Shown piece after piece: positions 1 through 9,493 of a stretch of 64,000 bases of DNA (position 1 is the first letter of the stretch; each line of letters starts with the position of its first letter). Source of the stretch: an uncultured Thermococci archaeon (GTDB taxonomy: Archaea; Methanobacteriota_B; Thermococci; Methanofastidiosales; B48-G16); contig CAZQQT010000006.1 of the NCBI GenBank assembly GCA_964595645.1, positions 32,001 through 96,000 on the forward strand, written 5' to 3'. Under the pieces are notes generated by a model. The model was not told where the DNA came from and searched no databases. It was given only the letters and a program-made list of their open reading frames with translations. Both the position numbers and the translations under genes were made by a program.

Positions 1-996
1 AGGAACATGTGCGATGATCCGTGGGTCGTCCGCTTTTTTAAGGAGTGAGTCCAGAAGGGTTTTCGCTTCGTCTGTTTCTTCCTGGGTCCAGTCACCGGTC
101 ACCACAATGTCGTAGTCCGCGTAGTCCTCGAGTTCCCGTGGTACGACACCTAGGGGAGACGTGAGAATGAGCTGCGTGATGCCGTAATACTGATTTCTGT
201 TCTTTACTTCTCGTTTTATCGCGCTGATAAATTTTCGATGGGATTGTGAGAGAGAGTATGGCTTTTTAGCAGAACACGGGAGCAACACAATGAAATTGGA
301 GTGTGGAGCGTAGTTCTCCTTAACCTTTTTCCTCCAGTGCACAGTCTCGGGCCTGTAGAGCGAGTCCTCCGAGATGTAGATATCTTTCTGATCTTTTATC
401 TTTACATTCTTTACAAGGTGATCCGAGAACTCTCTGTACGCAATTCTCAGGAGTCGTTTTGTTTTTATCGAGCTGTTCGCCTCTTTCTCCACATACTGCT
501 TTGTTGTATTCTCCAGAAACTCCTTCAACGCTTTTTTATGCTCTGTTGAGTACGGAAACACATCGAACCCGAGAAACGCATAGACCGGGATCTCCTCGGG
601 GTTGCAGTCGATGAAAAAAAGTGTATGTGGATACTTCTCTCTGAGCGTGAAAAACACATCCAAAAACCGCCGTTCTTCCGCACCATCGAAAAGAAAGAGT
701 TCTCCCTCACATTTTTTATACCGCTCATTCAGCTCGCGAGACTGGACCACACGGATGGGCACCACTTCTCGCGTCATCGGATGCACGAACAGCTTTCCGA
801 TATTGTGAGGGATGGAGTAGGAAGGTCGCAGATATCCATTCTCCTTGATACCCTTAAAAAATGGTTTATTATAGGTAATATCGTCAATGATGATTTTTTC
901 CCTCTCAACCCTCGCGAGACATGGCGTTTTTACCTCCTCACTGTTTTTCGTGAAGAGGCCGATCCTGTAGTTGTCGATCTCGAGCAGCTCGTACAT
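1..996 (-). CDS. arcS: Archaeosine synthase subunit alpha (3' end runs off the window)
   Basis: Not in the ORF track; hand-translated open frame from ATG at 996 (MYELLEIDNYRIGLF...) to the window edge, containing VLLPCSAKKPYSLSQSH, LTSPLGVVPRELE and YDIVVTGDW, typical of ArcS. Confidence 0.85.
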   Translation of the reverse strand, partial: MYELLEIDNYRIGLFTKNSEEVKTPCLARVEREKIIIDDITYNKPFFKGIKENGYLRPSYSIPHNIGKLFVHPMTREVVPIRVVQSRELNERYKKCEGELFLFDGAEERRFLDVFFTLREKYPHTLFFIDCNPEEIPVYAFLGFDVFPYSTEHKKALKEFLENTTKQYVEKEANSSIKTKRLLRIAYREFSDHLVKNVKIKDQKDIYISEDSLYRPETVHWRKKVKENYAPHSNFIVLLPCSAKKPYSLSQSHRKFISAIKREVKNRNQYYGITQLILTSPLGVVPRELEDYADYDIVVTGDWTQEETDEAKTLLDSLLKKADDPRIIAHVP

Positions 997-1163
997 ATAT
1001 GGTATAAGGTATACGGTACTTTAATTCTTTTTCTCCACCGCTCTACAAGAGATGTCTTTCAAAGAAAAAATCATGAGTGGGCCCGAACTGGATCAAATCT
1101 TTGATTTGGTACATCCTTTTTCATCGCAGATGAAAAATTCTTAGGGTCCACGAGCAATGTGAG

Positions 1164-1237
1164 TGGGCCCGACGGGATTTGAACCCACGACCGCCCGGTT
1201 ATGAGCCGGGTGCTCTACCAAACTAAGCTACGGGCCC
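1164..1237 (-). tRNA. tRNA with CAT anticodon, most likely tRNA-Ile2 (agmatidine type) rather than Met
   Basis: Cloverleaf GGGCCCG...CCCGG-CTCATAA-CCGGG...GTTCAAATC...CGGGCCCA; the GGGCCC acceptor stem is Ile-like. Confidence 0.9.
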
Positions 1238-1247
1238 TCAAAAGACC

Positions 1248-1268
1248 GACGTGGTCGAAGACCACGTC
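1248..1268. repeat. Perfect 9-bp hairpin in the former tRNA-Asn/tRNA-Ile2 spacer
   Basis: GACGTGGTC-GAA-GACCACGTC. Confidence 0.7.
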
Positions 1269-1277
1269 CAGCTGTAA

Positions 1278-1293
1278 CGCCGTCAGCCGGATT
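1278..1293 (-). repeat. att core: displaced 3' end of tRNA-Asn
   Basis: CGCCGTCAGCCGGATT, identical to 56156-56171. Confidence 0.9.
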
Positions 1294-1303
1294 GTGTACT
1301 CCG

Positions 1304-1318
1304 AATTTAACGCCGACC
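1304..1318 (+). repeat. Putative integrase arm/binding site, left end
   Basis: AATTTAACGCCGACC; 14/15 inverted match to 56131-56145. Confidence 0.7.
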
Positions 1319-1361
1319 AGACAACGCTTCTATGAAACTACTACTCATTCACGGAGATCCT

Positions 1362-1377
1362 TATTTAAATTTTTCGG
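1362..1377 (-). promoter_or_regulatory. Outward-facing BRE/TATA promoter pointing at tRNA-Ile2
   Basis: Minus strand CCGAAAAA-TTTAAATA; resembles CGAAAAATTTTTATA upstream of tRNA-Asn. Confidence 0.6.
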
Positions 1378-1628
1378 GAGGTTCGTGTGAGTTTCTTCTA
1401 AAATCCTATACTGTTCTCAGCAATATAGTATATGAGTTTACTACAGATCGACATAGGTTCATAATTTGCAGCCCTCTAAATCCAATGAGTTACTGAAGAG
1501 GTTGTCTTAGGTAACGTCTGTTTTGGTAAGTTATACGATACAAAATTTGTTAAGCATAACCTTTTAAACTTGGAGACTATAGGGTGTAGTAGAACAAAAT
1601 ACATAGGTAACAAAAAAAAATCGAGAAT

Positions 1629-2363
1629 ATGTATCTTGAAAATAATAAATCTGATCTGGAAAAAAAGCTTTATATGTGTAAAGTTTGTGTAGAACACAGT
1701 GGGTGCTGGGGGCCAGAGTTGACTAAGAAATATAATCCATTATCCATGACATTTTTCTGTGTAGAGAATCCAGAAGAAGACATTCTTAACTCTATTGTTA
1801 AAATAGAATCTACGAATAAATTCAATATTGAACACCTCTTAGAGAACAAAACTAGAAATGTATTGGATATAACACCTATATCCCCTTTTAATAGTGCTAA
1901 ACCATCTAAAAAAGAGTATAATAGTCTACTCCTCTATGTAAAAAGCAGAGATCCAGAGATAACCTCTCTAATAGTGGAACATGATTTGATTCCTGTTCCC
2001 CCCGTGAGAGTATATTATGGGGTAGAGCAGTGGACTTTACTCTCAGATGAAAAAGAGAAGTTTGACGAGTTTTACAGAAAGTTAAGGAGAGTAGGCAATG
2101 CAAAAATAAAGAGTTTTAAACCTTTCTCTTCGGAATTTAATCTTGATTCAAGTTTTGATGTCGCATTACCTTCTCCACTCAGCGATAGACAAAGAGAAGT
2201 GCTATCTGTTTTTCATAAAGAAGGATACTATGACTGGCCGAGAAAAACGACAATAAAAGAAGTGAGCGAAAAGTTCGACCAATGCCGTTCAACTGTACAG
2301 GAACATCTGAGAAAGGCAGAGTCGAGGATAATGTCTCTATTTATAGAAAAACACTTAAAATAG
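1629..2363 (+). CDS. HTH-10 (Bat-like) transcriptional regulator
   Basis: C-terminal LSDRQREVL...GYYDWPRKTTIKEVS...STVQEHLRKAE. Confidence 0.85.
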   Translation: MYLENNKSDLEKKLYMCKVCVEHSGCWGPELTKKYNPLSMTFFCVENPEEDILNSIVKIESTNKFNIEHLLENKTRNVLDITPISPFNSAKPSKKEYNSLLLYVKSRDPEITSLIVEHDLIPVPPVRVYYGVEQWTLLSDEKEKFDEFYRKLRRVGNAKIKSFKPFSSEFNLDSSFDVALPSPLSDRQREVLSVFHKEGYYDWPRKTTIKEVSEKFDQCRSTVQEHLRKAESRIMSLFIEKHLK

Positions 2364-2470
2364 TATTAATTTTAAAAATTTGTGGCAATTAACATTCTTA
2401 TATAGTCTTTTTTCTTTAAAAAATTTGAAAAGAGATAATGTAGTCAGTATTTGCTCTTCAAATGGTATGC

Positions 2471-2481
2471 GCATATGCCGG
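2471..2481 (+). promoter_or_regulatory. GCATATGC operator site 1
   Basis: GCATATGCCGG-AAAAAG upstream of the M24 peptidase operon. Confidence 0.7.
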
Positions 2482-2528
2482 AAAAAGAAATATTAGATAT
2501 AAGAAAGCTATTTTTTTGAGATGATCTT

Positions 2529-3680
2529 ATGAGTAGGGGGATTAAAAAAAGAGAAATAAAAAACAGGATCAGTAAAGTTAGAAAAATAATGGAAAAAGAA
2601 GGTATGAATGCGCTTATTGTAATCGGCAGATCATTTTACGACAGAGTAGGAAATTTGGCATATCTATCAAACCATATCCCCGCATTTCCAGCCTCTACAT
2701 TCAGTGGCACCGTGAAAGGCCTCGGACATGGGGTGTTGCTTCTTCCTTTGGATGATGAACCTGTGTTACTGGTAGATGGTCCTGACTACAGAGAAGACTT
2801 GGTAGCGATAGATGACGTAAGAATAGGACTTGATATGCCATCGGCACTTAAAGAGATCCTCGAAGAGAAAGAGCTGACAGAAGCTACTATTGGCATCGTG
2901 GGATCGGACATCATGCCGCTCACATTTTATTGGGATATTTCTTCCAAAATGCCTAAAATACAATTTGAAAATGCGGATGACATCGTAAATTCTTTAAGAG
3001 CTGTGAAAAGCAAAGAAGAAATTAAATTATTAAAAAAAGCAGCAGAAATAGCAGATTTAGGGCTAAAAGCTGCTTTAAATGAAATAAAAGAAGGAAAAAA
3101 GGAGTCAGAGATTTGTGCAACGGGAATAAAAGCTAGTATCGAAGCTGGAGCAGATTTTGTTCGTTATTTAAGAGTACATTCTGGAAAATGGTCCACAATG
3201 ACATCCAGATGGCCTCAAGCTACCAAAAAAAAGATAAAAACAGGGGAAATTATCAATTTGGATTTAATTGGTGCCTATAGAGGATACCAATTTGACGTGA
3301 ACAGAAGTACAATTTTGGGAAAACCAAGTAAAAAACAATATGATCTTCTGGAGGCAGGGCTAAAAGCTACCCGTTTTGCTGTAAAAATGGCAAAACCGGG
3401 GATAAAAGTGAGTGAAATAGTAGAAAAAACATTAGAATTTGCTGATGAAATGGGATATAAAGAGTATATGTCTGGATTTATGGGACACGGAATAGGGTTA
3501 GAGACAGTTGAAGATCCCTACATCTTGGAGGGTGTGAGTGGCGAATTGAGTGAGAACATGGTGGTGAATATTGAGCCTGGAATCACGGTTCCAGAATTTG
3601 CAGGAGTACGAATAGAGCAGGAAACGATAGTGAAGCAAAATCCTGAGGTTATTGTAGGAATTGATGATAAATTATGGTAA
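2529..3680 (+). CDS. M24 family (Xaa-Pro peptidase-like) metallohydrolase
   Basis: Creatinase-like N domain; LRAVKSKEEI, D..D, GHGIGLE, EPG and GVRIE ligands. Confidence 0.85.
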   Translation: MSRGIKKREIKNRISKVRKIMEKEGMNALIVIGRSFYDRVGNLAYLSNHIPAFPASTFSGTVKGLGHGVLLLPLDDEPVLLVDGPDYREDLVAIDDVRIGLDMPSALKEILEEKELTEATIGIVGSDIMPLTFYWDISSKMPKIQFENADDIVNSLRAVKSKEEIKLLKKAAEIADLGLKAALNEIKEGKKESEICATGIKASIEAGADFVRYLRVHSGKWSTMTSRWPQATKKKIKTGEIINLDLIGAYRGYQFDVNRSTILGKPSKKQYDLLEAGLKATRFAVKMAKPGIKVSEIVEKTLEFADEMGYKEYMSGFMGHGIGLETVEDPYILEGVSGELSENMVVNIEPGITVPEFAGVRIEQETIVKQNPEVIVGIDDKLW

Positions 3681-5399
3681 TTGGAGGGAAATATTATGGA
3701 AAATAATATGAAAACAGACGTTCTCGTAATTGGCTCCGGAGGTGCGGGAGCTAGAGCTGCAATCGAAGCTGCTTTAAATGGTGCTGACGTGGTTATTGCC
3801 ACTAAGGGAAATTTGGCAAAAAGTGGAATCACTCCATTGGCAGAATGGTCCTTTGAAGCGCCCTTGGGCCATGCGGACCCACAAGATAGTGCTGAAATTC
3901 ACTTTGAGGACACTGTCAGAGAAGGAAGATTTCTTTCAGATCAGAATCTAGTCGAAGCGCTAGTAAATGACGCTGTAGAGAGAGTCCATGATCTTGAGAA
4001 GTTTGGAGTCCGGTTCAAAAAAGACAACGGGAAGTTCGTCCAAACAAAGATACCGGGTCAGTCCCACCCTCGATCGGTAATGATTATTAATGGAGGATTG
4101 GGGATGATGATGGGCCTCAAAAAAGAGATGAAAAAACACGAACAAATCCGCCCTTTAGAAGACACTATCATTACAAAAATTCTTACTGAGAAAAAAAGAG
4201 TTTCTGGAGCAACGTTTTTGAATTTGCGAACAGGAGAGTTCGGCCATATTCAATGTAACGCCATTGTAATCGCTACCGGAGGACATCAGGAACTGTGGCC
4301 GGTAACAGATACTCCTCCAGAGTCTGTGGGTGATGGATTTGTCCTTGCGTACTATGCTGGAGCAGAAATGGTGGACATGGAAATGCTTCTCTTCTACCCT
4401 GTGGTAGCAGTCTATCCAGAGCATATAAGAGGAACTATAATACCATATGAATGTTGTATTGAACCTTCATATGCAAGTGGTAAGTTGATAAATGGAACAG
4501 GAGAGGAATTTTTGCCTGAAGGAAGCCCTCCTGTGAGAGACATCCTAATACGGAAGATGTTTGACGAAATAAATGAAGGAAGGGGAACAGAACATGATGG
4601 TATCTATCTCGATCTCGCTAAATCCCCCAAATCAAAGAAAGAGATAACCGGATATCTGGAAGATATGATCCCCTCAACATTTAAACATTTGCTGGATCTA
4701 GACGTCGATATCCGAGAAGAACCGATAGAAATTGCCCCTGCAGCACATTATGCATTGGGAGGAATAAAAATTAATGAGAAGGGGGAAACGAATATAACAG
4801 GACTTTATGCTGCTGGGGAATGTGCCGGAAATGTCCAGGGCGCAAACAGGTTATCGGGAAATGCTTTAACTGAAACACAGGTATTTGGCACCAGAGCAGG
4901 AAAAAACGCTGCCATTTACTCACAAAAAAAAGGACATCTCACCGCTGAAGACGACAAGGTAGCAAACGAAAAGAAGAGAATTATGGCATATCTAGAAGAA
5001 AAAGAAAACGGATCGAGGCCTCTCCATCTTAAAGAGAAGATCAAAAAGATAATGTGGAAATACGTAGGGCCAAAAAGAGAGGAAGGGGGGCTGAAGAGAG
5101 CGGTGAAAGAACTTTCAAGGCTAAGAGAAAACGATCTCGCTAAAATTTATGCGCCAAACATAAACACCTACAATTATGAATGGATGGAGGCAATTGAAGC
5201 CGATTCTATGGTAACTGTTGCTGAAATTGTAAGTGCTGCCGCACTTTTGAGAGAAGAAAGTAGGGGGCACCATTACAGAGAAGATTTTCCTGAACAGGAT
5301 GATGAAAAATGGCTTCAACACACCATGGTGAAGCTTGATAACGGAAAAATGGTTGTGGATACTGCCCCTGTAATCATGAACAAATTAACGCCGGGGTGA
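3681..5399 (+). CDS. Fumarate reductase/SdhA-family flavoprotein (non-covalent FAD, divergent active site)
   Basis: IGSGGAG, ATGG, AHYALGG, GANRLSGNAL, REESRGHHYREDFP. Confidence 0.85.
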   Translation: MEGNIMENNMKTDVLVIGSGGAGARAAIEAALNGADVVIATKGNLAKSGITPLAEWSFEAPLGHADPQDSAEIHFEDTVREGRFLSDQNLVEALVNDAVERVHDLEKFGVRFKKDNGKFVQTKIPGQSHPRSVMIINGGLGMMMGLKKEMKKHEQIRPLEDTIITKILTEKKRVSGATFLNLRTGEFGHIQCNAIVIATGGHQELWPVTDTPPESVGDGFVLAYYAGAEMVDMEMLLFYPVVAVYPEHIRGTIIPYECCIEPSYASGKLINGTGEEFLPEGSPPVRDILIRKMFDEINEGRGTEHDGIYLDLAKSPKSKKEITGYLEDMIPSTFKHLLDLDVDIREEPIEIAPAAHYALGGIKINEKGETNITGLYAAGECAGNVQGANRLSGNALTETQVFGTRAGKNAAIYSQKKGHLTAEDDKVANEKKRIMAYLEEKENGSRPLHLKEKIKKIMWKYVGPKREEGGLKRAVKELSRLRENDLAKIYAPNINTYNYEWMEAIEADSMVTVAEIVSAAALLREESRGHHYREDFPEQDDEKWLQHTMVKLDNGKMVVDTAPVIMNKLTPG

Positions 5400-5403
5400 G
5401 CGT

Positions 5404-5727
5404 ATGAAAGAAAATACTGTACTCCTAAGAATTTACAGGTCCAATACAAACGGATTCGAAAAGTACGAGGTCCCTGCTAAAGGTTCTATTACGTTACAGC
5501 GTGCCATAAAATATGTATATGAGAATTTGGATAGGACACTCGCTTTTAGGAATTATTCCTGTTATAAAGGAGTGTGTAGCAACTGTATGGTAAACCTCAA
5601 TGGGAAAAATGTCAGATCATGTAGTGTTTTGTTACAACCTGGGGAGGAAGCTGTGGTAGAACCTGCGAAGGGATTCCCCGTGATCAGAGACCTCGTTGTA
5701 GATTTCAATAGACCTCGTGAGGAATGA
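5404..5727 (+). CDS. Short SdhB/FrdB-like [2Fe-2S] protein (N-terminal domain only)
   Basis: SCYKGVCSNC...RSC...FPVIRDLVVD; no 4Fe-4S/3Fe-4S domain. Confidence 0.8.
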   Translation: MKENTVLLRIYRSNTNGFEKYEVPAKGSITLQRAIKYVYENLDRTLAFRNYSCYKGVCSNCMVNLNGKNVRSCSVLLQPGEEAVVEPAKGFPVIRDLVVDFNRPREE

Positions 5728-7361
5728 GTATGTCAGAAATCGATAAGGACTATTTACCGCCACAAGATGCATTGCCTGAGAAAATATATACACTGCCTGA
5801 GATACGATACTCCGAAAATCTAAATGTGGGAAGAGAGTTGCTTGATAAAACTACTGAAAAAAAAGGCGATAAAACTGCAATTTATTATAAAGATAAAGAA
5901 ATCACGTATTTGGAACTTCAGAAAGATGTAAACAGACTGGCAAATGCCTTGAGCGATCTAGGGATCGAAGAAAATGATAGAATGATGCTGAGGACCCCTA
6001 ATATTCCAGAGTACCTTGTGAGTAACCTCGCGTGTTGGAAGATGCAAGCCATACCTGTGTTAGTTAACCCAATGCTGAGGAAGGAGGAGATATCGTATCG
6101 GGCCAACGACTCAGAGGCAAAGGCAATCATCGTTGATGCAGAAAGTTTGAATGATGTTGAAAAGGCTAAAAACGAACTTGACACGATCGAACACATAATA
6201 GTCATAGATTACGAAAAAGAGGAATATATCTCCTTTAATAAGCTGATGGAAGGAAAATCTTCCAATTTCGAAGCGTATGATTCCCATAAAGATGATATCG
6301 CTAGATTAATATACACATCAGGTACCACAGGGAAACCGAAGGGAGTGATAAGTACCCATGCTGACCTCCTCTCCTCTTGTGGAACACATGGAAAACACGT
6401 ACTGAAACTACATGAGGAGGACGTGATAGGAGGACATCCCTCCGTTACTTTTTCCTACGGCGCTATCAATTTTTGCTTATATCCGTGGTATTTTGGAGCT
6501 AGTTTATCACTCGTTGATACATTCAGCCCTGAAAAAATGTACGAAACAATAGAACAACATGGGATAACCGTACTGTGTTGTATACCCACCGCATACAAAA
6601 TGATGCTGAGTATAGAAGATGCCGAAAAAAAATACGATCTTAGGTCTCTACGGATATGCGAAAGTGCAGGTGAATGGCTCCCCAACACCACATATAAAGA
6701 GTGGAAAAAGAGATTCGGAGTAGAAATTTTAGACAGTTTAGGTTCTTCTGAGCTCATATATTTCCTTTCCACCTATGAAAATGTACCTCCTGATAAGATA
6801 GGATCGACGGGCACTATCGTCCCAGGATACAATGCGAAAATCGTAGATGAAGGATTCAATGAAGTTCCACGAGGCACGGTGGGTAGATTGATCATAAAAG
6901 GACCTGTCGGGAATCAGTACTGGAAAAAACCAGAAAAACAAAGGGAAAGTACATGGAAAGGATGGAGTTTGGCCGGCTTACTCTACGTAGAAGACGAAGA
7001 TGGGTACTTTTGGTACAAGGGGAGAGATGACACGATGATCGTCAGTGCAGGATACAAAATTCCAGGAGGAGAGGTTGAAAATGCGCTGAACTCACATCCC
7101 GCTGTATTGGAATCGGCAATAGTCCCCTCACCACATGAGCTTAGAGGGAGTATCGTGAAGGCGTATATCGTTCTCAATCAAGGATATGAGCCATCAAACT
7201 CATTGAAAAAAGAACTACAGGATTTCGTAAAGCAAAAGATTGAGCCGTATAAGTATCCCAGAGAAATAGAATTTGTTGAAAAAGGAAAAATGCCTAAAAC
7301 CTCAACGGGAAAAATTCAACGATTTAAATTAAAAGAAAAAGAGAAGGAAAGAAAGACGTAA
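5724..7361 (+). CDS. Acyl-CoA synthetase (benzoate/2-aminobenzoate-CoA ligase-like)
   Basis: YTSGTTGKPKG, GSSE, GRDD, PYKYPREIEF, KTSTGKIQR. Confidence 0.85.
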   Translation: MSMSEIDKDYLPPQDALPEKIYTLPEIRYSENLNVGRELLDKTTEKKGDKTAIYYKDKEITYLELQKDVNRLANALSDLGIEENDRMMLRTPNIPEYLVSNLACWKMQAIPVLVNPMLRKEEISYRANDSEAKAIIVDAESLNDVEKAKNELDTIEHIIVIDYEKEEYISFNKLMEGKSSNFEAYDSHKDDIARLIYTSGTTGKPKGVISTHADLLSSCGTHGKHVLKLHEEDVIGGHPSVTFSYGAINFCLYPWYFGASLSLVDTFSPEKMYETIEQHGITVLCCIPTAYKMMLSIEDAEKKYDLRSLRICESAGEWLPNTTYKEWKKRFGVEILDSLGSSELIYFLSTYENVPPDKIGSTGTIVPGYNAKIVDEGFNEVPRGTVGRLIIKGPVGNQYWKKPEKQRESTWKGWSLAGLLYVEDEDGYFWYKGRDDTMIVSAGYKIPGGEVENALNSHPAVLESAIVPSPHELRGSIVKAYIVLNQGYEPSNSLKKELQDFVKQKIEPYKYPREIEFVEKGKMPKTSTGKIQRFKLKEKEKERKT

Positions 7362-7386
7362 AACTTTTCTTTTCTGCCAAAGTCGT

Positions 7387-7419
7387 CCGAGGGGTTACCT
7401 CCTTCCCCTCGGGCTTTTT
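7387..7419. terminator. Hairpin plus T-tract between convergent operons
   Basis: CCGAGGGG-10nt-CCCCTCGG followed by GCTTTTT. Confidence 0.6.
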
Positions 7420-7466
7420 AAAATATTTATCAAAAATCTTTTAATTAGAATACATCAACCTTAAAG

Positions 7467-8417
7467 TTATATGTTCAGCACTCCATTTTTCATTATCTCT
7501 TCACCATCGATAAAAACAGATGGCCTTTTAATAATGCAATCAAGATGAATATCTACCTCTATACTCCCTCCAAAACTAGAATTTTTTCCAAGGGCGATAT
7601 GGATGGTGCCTAAAACTTTTTCATCTTCAAGAGGATTTCCTGAAATTATTGCCGCATCATTGGTACCGATGCCAAATTCACCTACCATTTTTGCGCCTTC
7701 CCCATGAGCACTAATACACTTGTTTAATTGTTCCGCTTCACTCTCTCCTTCAATATGAAAAACAGATCCCTCCTCTATCTCAACAGTTATTTCATCCTTT
7801 ACTTTGCCAATACTAGTAATAGAACCATCTACAACAGCCTTTCCATTGATAGAATCTTCTAAAGGAGCTATGAAAGCTTCTCCAGCTGGTAAGTTTCCTA
7901 TAGATCCTTTCTTAGTCAAAATACCAAAATCTGCAATAGATTTTCTTCCTTTTATAGAAAAAGATAAATTTGTACCTTTAGATGAACTAATTTTAATATG
8001 ATTACTTTCATTAAGGATTTGAGCGATTTTTTGGCTCCTATTCCTTACCTTGCTGTAATCAGCATTCATCGTTCTAATTAATATATCTTCATTAATGCCC
8101 GGCATCGTTGCCACTCTTGTACCACTCGTATAGGCCTTCTTTACAGCTTCTGAATGTGTTAAAGAATGTGTCGTTGGACAGACTGCAACATCAGTCTTCA
8201 AGAGCGCAGAGGTTACTAGCGGAGGAGGTTCTCCATCAGTCATTTGAAACGTTGATATCTGAAGAAGAGTAGTATCAGTACTTATTGGAAGAGCAGCTGC
8301 AAACAGAGATTGACCGATAGTCGTTGTTTTTTCATCGCAAACAACAAGAAGATCTTCTTCGGATTGAAATCCCATACATTGTGACAAAACTTTAGATGCT
8401 GCATCCTTTAATTTCAC
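7467..8417 (-). CDS. M29-like (thermophilic leucyl) aminopeptidase
   Basis: NLPAGEAFIAP, GEFGIGTN, EDEKVLGTIHIALG, HLD. Confidence 0.85.
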   Translation of the reverse strand: MKLKDAASKVLSQCMGFQSEEDLLVVCDEKTTTIGQSLFAAALPISTDTTLLQISTFQMTDGEPPPLVTSALLKTDVAVCPTTHSLTHSEAVKKAYTSGTRVATMPGINEDILIRTMNADYSKVRNRSQKIAQILNESNHIKISSSKGTNLSFSIKGRKSIADFGILTKKGSIGNLPAGEAFIAPLEDSINGKAVVDGSITSIGKVKDEITVEIEEGSVFHIEGESEAEQLNKCISAHGEGAKMVGEFGIGTNDAAIISGNPLEDEKVLGTIHIALGKNSSFGGSIEVDIHLDCIIKRPSVFIDGEEIMKNGVLNI

Positions 8418-9493
8418 TTAATCACCTCCAATTGCTTAATTTTATTGTAATCTACCTCTATTCCGGGACCATTAAATTCTAAAATTGGTGATTTTTTTAA
8501 TTTCATTAAATTTTTCTTATAGAAAAAGGGACTATCAAGGTCAATATAATCGAAAATTGGAAAACTAGAAGCTATTTGTGCTGAAAATGAAATGCCTATA
8601 GAAGATTCTCCCATACATCCCATCATAAGCTCCAAGTTTGAGAGTTCTGCAATTGAAATGATATCGAGCGTCTCGAAAACACCGGATTTCATTAACTTTA
8701 TGGTGATTCCATCTACCGCATCTCTCTCACAAAGCCTCATTGCATCATTGGGGGTAAAAACAGACTCATCGGCAAAAACTGGTGCTCCAATATTGTCTCG
8801 TACAAATTTCATCCCCTCTATATCCTCTCTCAAAACTGGCTGTTCAAAAATCTCAATTTCAATATCCAGATTTTTTAGAGCTTCTACAAACTGAACTGCT
8901 TCTTTTGGCGAAAATCCTTGGTTTGCATCGATTCTTATAGAAGACTCACCAACTGCATCTCTCACAGAACTCACTCTTTCGAGATCTGTTTCAAAATCTT
9001 TCCCTACTTTGATCTTAAATATCCTAAATCCGTCTGCAGCTGCATTTTTTGCAATTTGAGCAGCCTTCTCGGAAGGAACAATAGGTATTGTTAAATCGGT
9101 TTCTATCTCTCTCTTAGTAGATCCGAGGTACTCATATATAGAAACTCCTAAAAATTTGCAATAACCGTCGAGGAGTGCCATTTCAATTGCCGCTCGGGCA
9201 CTTCGTTGATAATATATAACTTTGGAGATCTTTCTAGAAAACCCCCTAATATTTTGGATTTCTTTACCGATAATCTGATCTCTAACAGTTTCAATAGCTT
9301 CAATGACGGTGTTTTGACTTTCGCTTGTAACAAAAGAGGATGGAGCTGCCTCACCAATTCCAATCACTCCACTCTCTAAAAAAATGGCAATGAGAACATT
9401 TTTAGCATTTTTTTGGACACCTAAAGATGTTTCAAAAGGATATTTGAGGGGAAGATTTAGTCTATGGACTTTCAAATCCCTAATTTTACTCAT
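8414..9493 (-). CDS. Dipeptide epimerase (L-Ala-D/L-Glu epimerase family, enolase superfamily)
   Basis: KIKVG, DANQG, EQP, ADES, IKLMKSG, DLD. Confidence 0.88.
   Translation of the reverse strand: MSKIRDLKVHRLNLPLKYPFETSLGVQKNAKNVLIAIFLESGVIGIGEAAPSSFVTSESQNTVIEAIETVRDQIIGKEIQNIRGFSRKISKVIYYQRSARAAIEMALLDGYCKFLGVSIYEYLGSTKREIETDLTIPIVPSEKAAQIAKNAAADGFRIFKIKVGKDFETDLERVSSVRDAVGESSIRIDANQGFSPKEAVQFVEALKNLDIEIEIFEQPVLREDIEGMKFVRDNIGAPVFADESVFTPNDAMRLCERDAVDGITIKLMKSGVFETLDIISIAELSNLELMMGCMGESSIGISFSAQIASSFPIFDYIDLDSPFFYKKNLMKLKKSPILEFNGPGIEVDYNKIKQLEVIK

Noticed and set aside
301-1104. Plus-strand ORFs 301-549, 602-808 and 625-1104
   Set aside because: Antisense shadows of arcS on the minus strand
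1308-1322. TAACGCCGACCAGAC as a second degenerate att core from tandem integration
   Set aside because: Better explained as the arm-like site, because it has a symmetric inverted partner at 56131-56145
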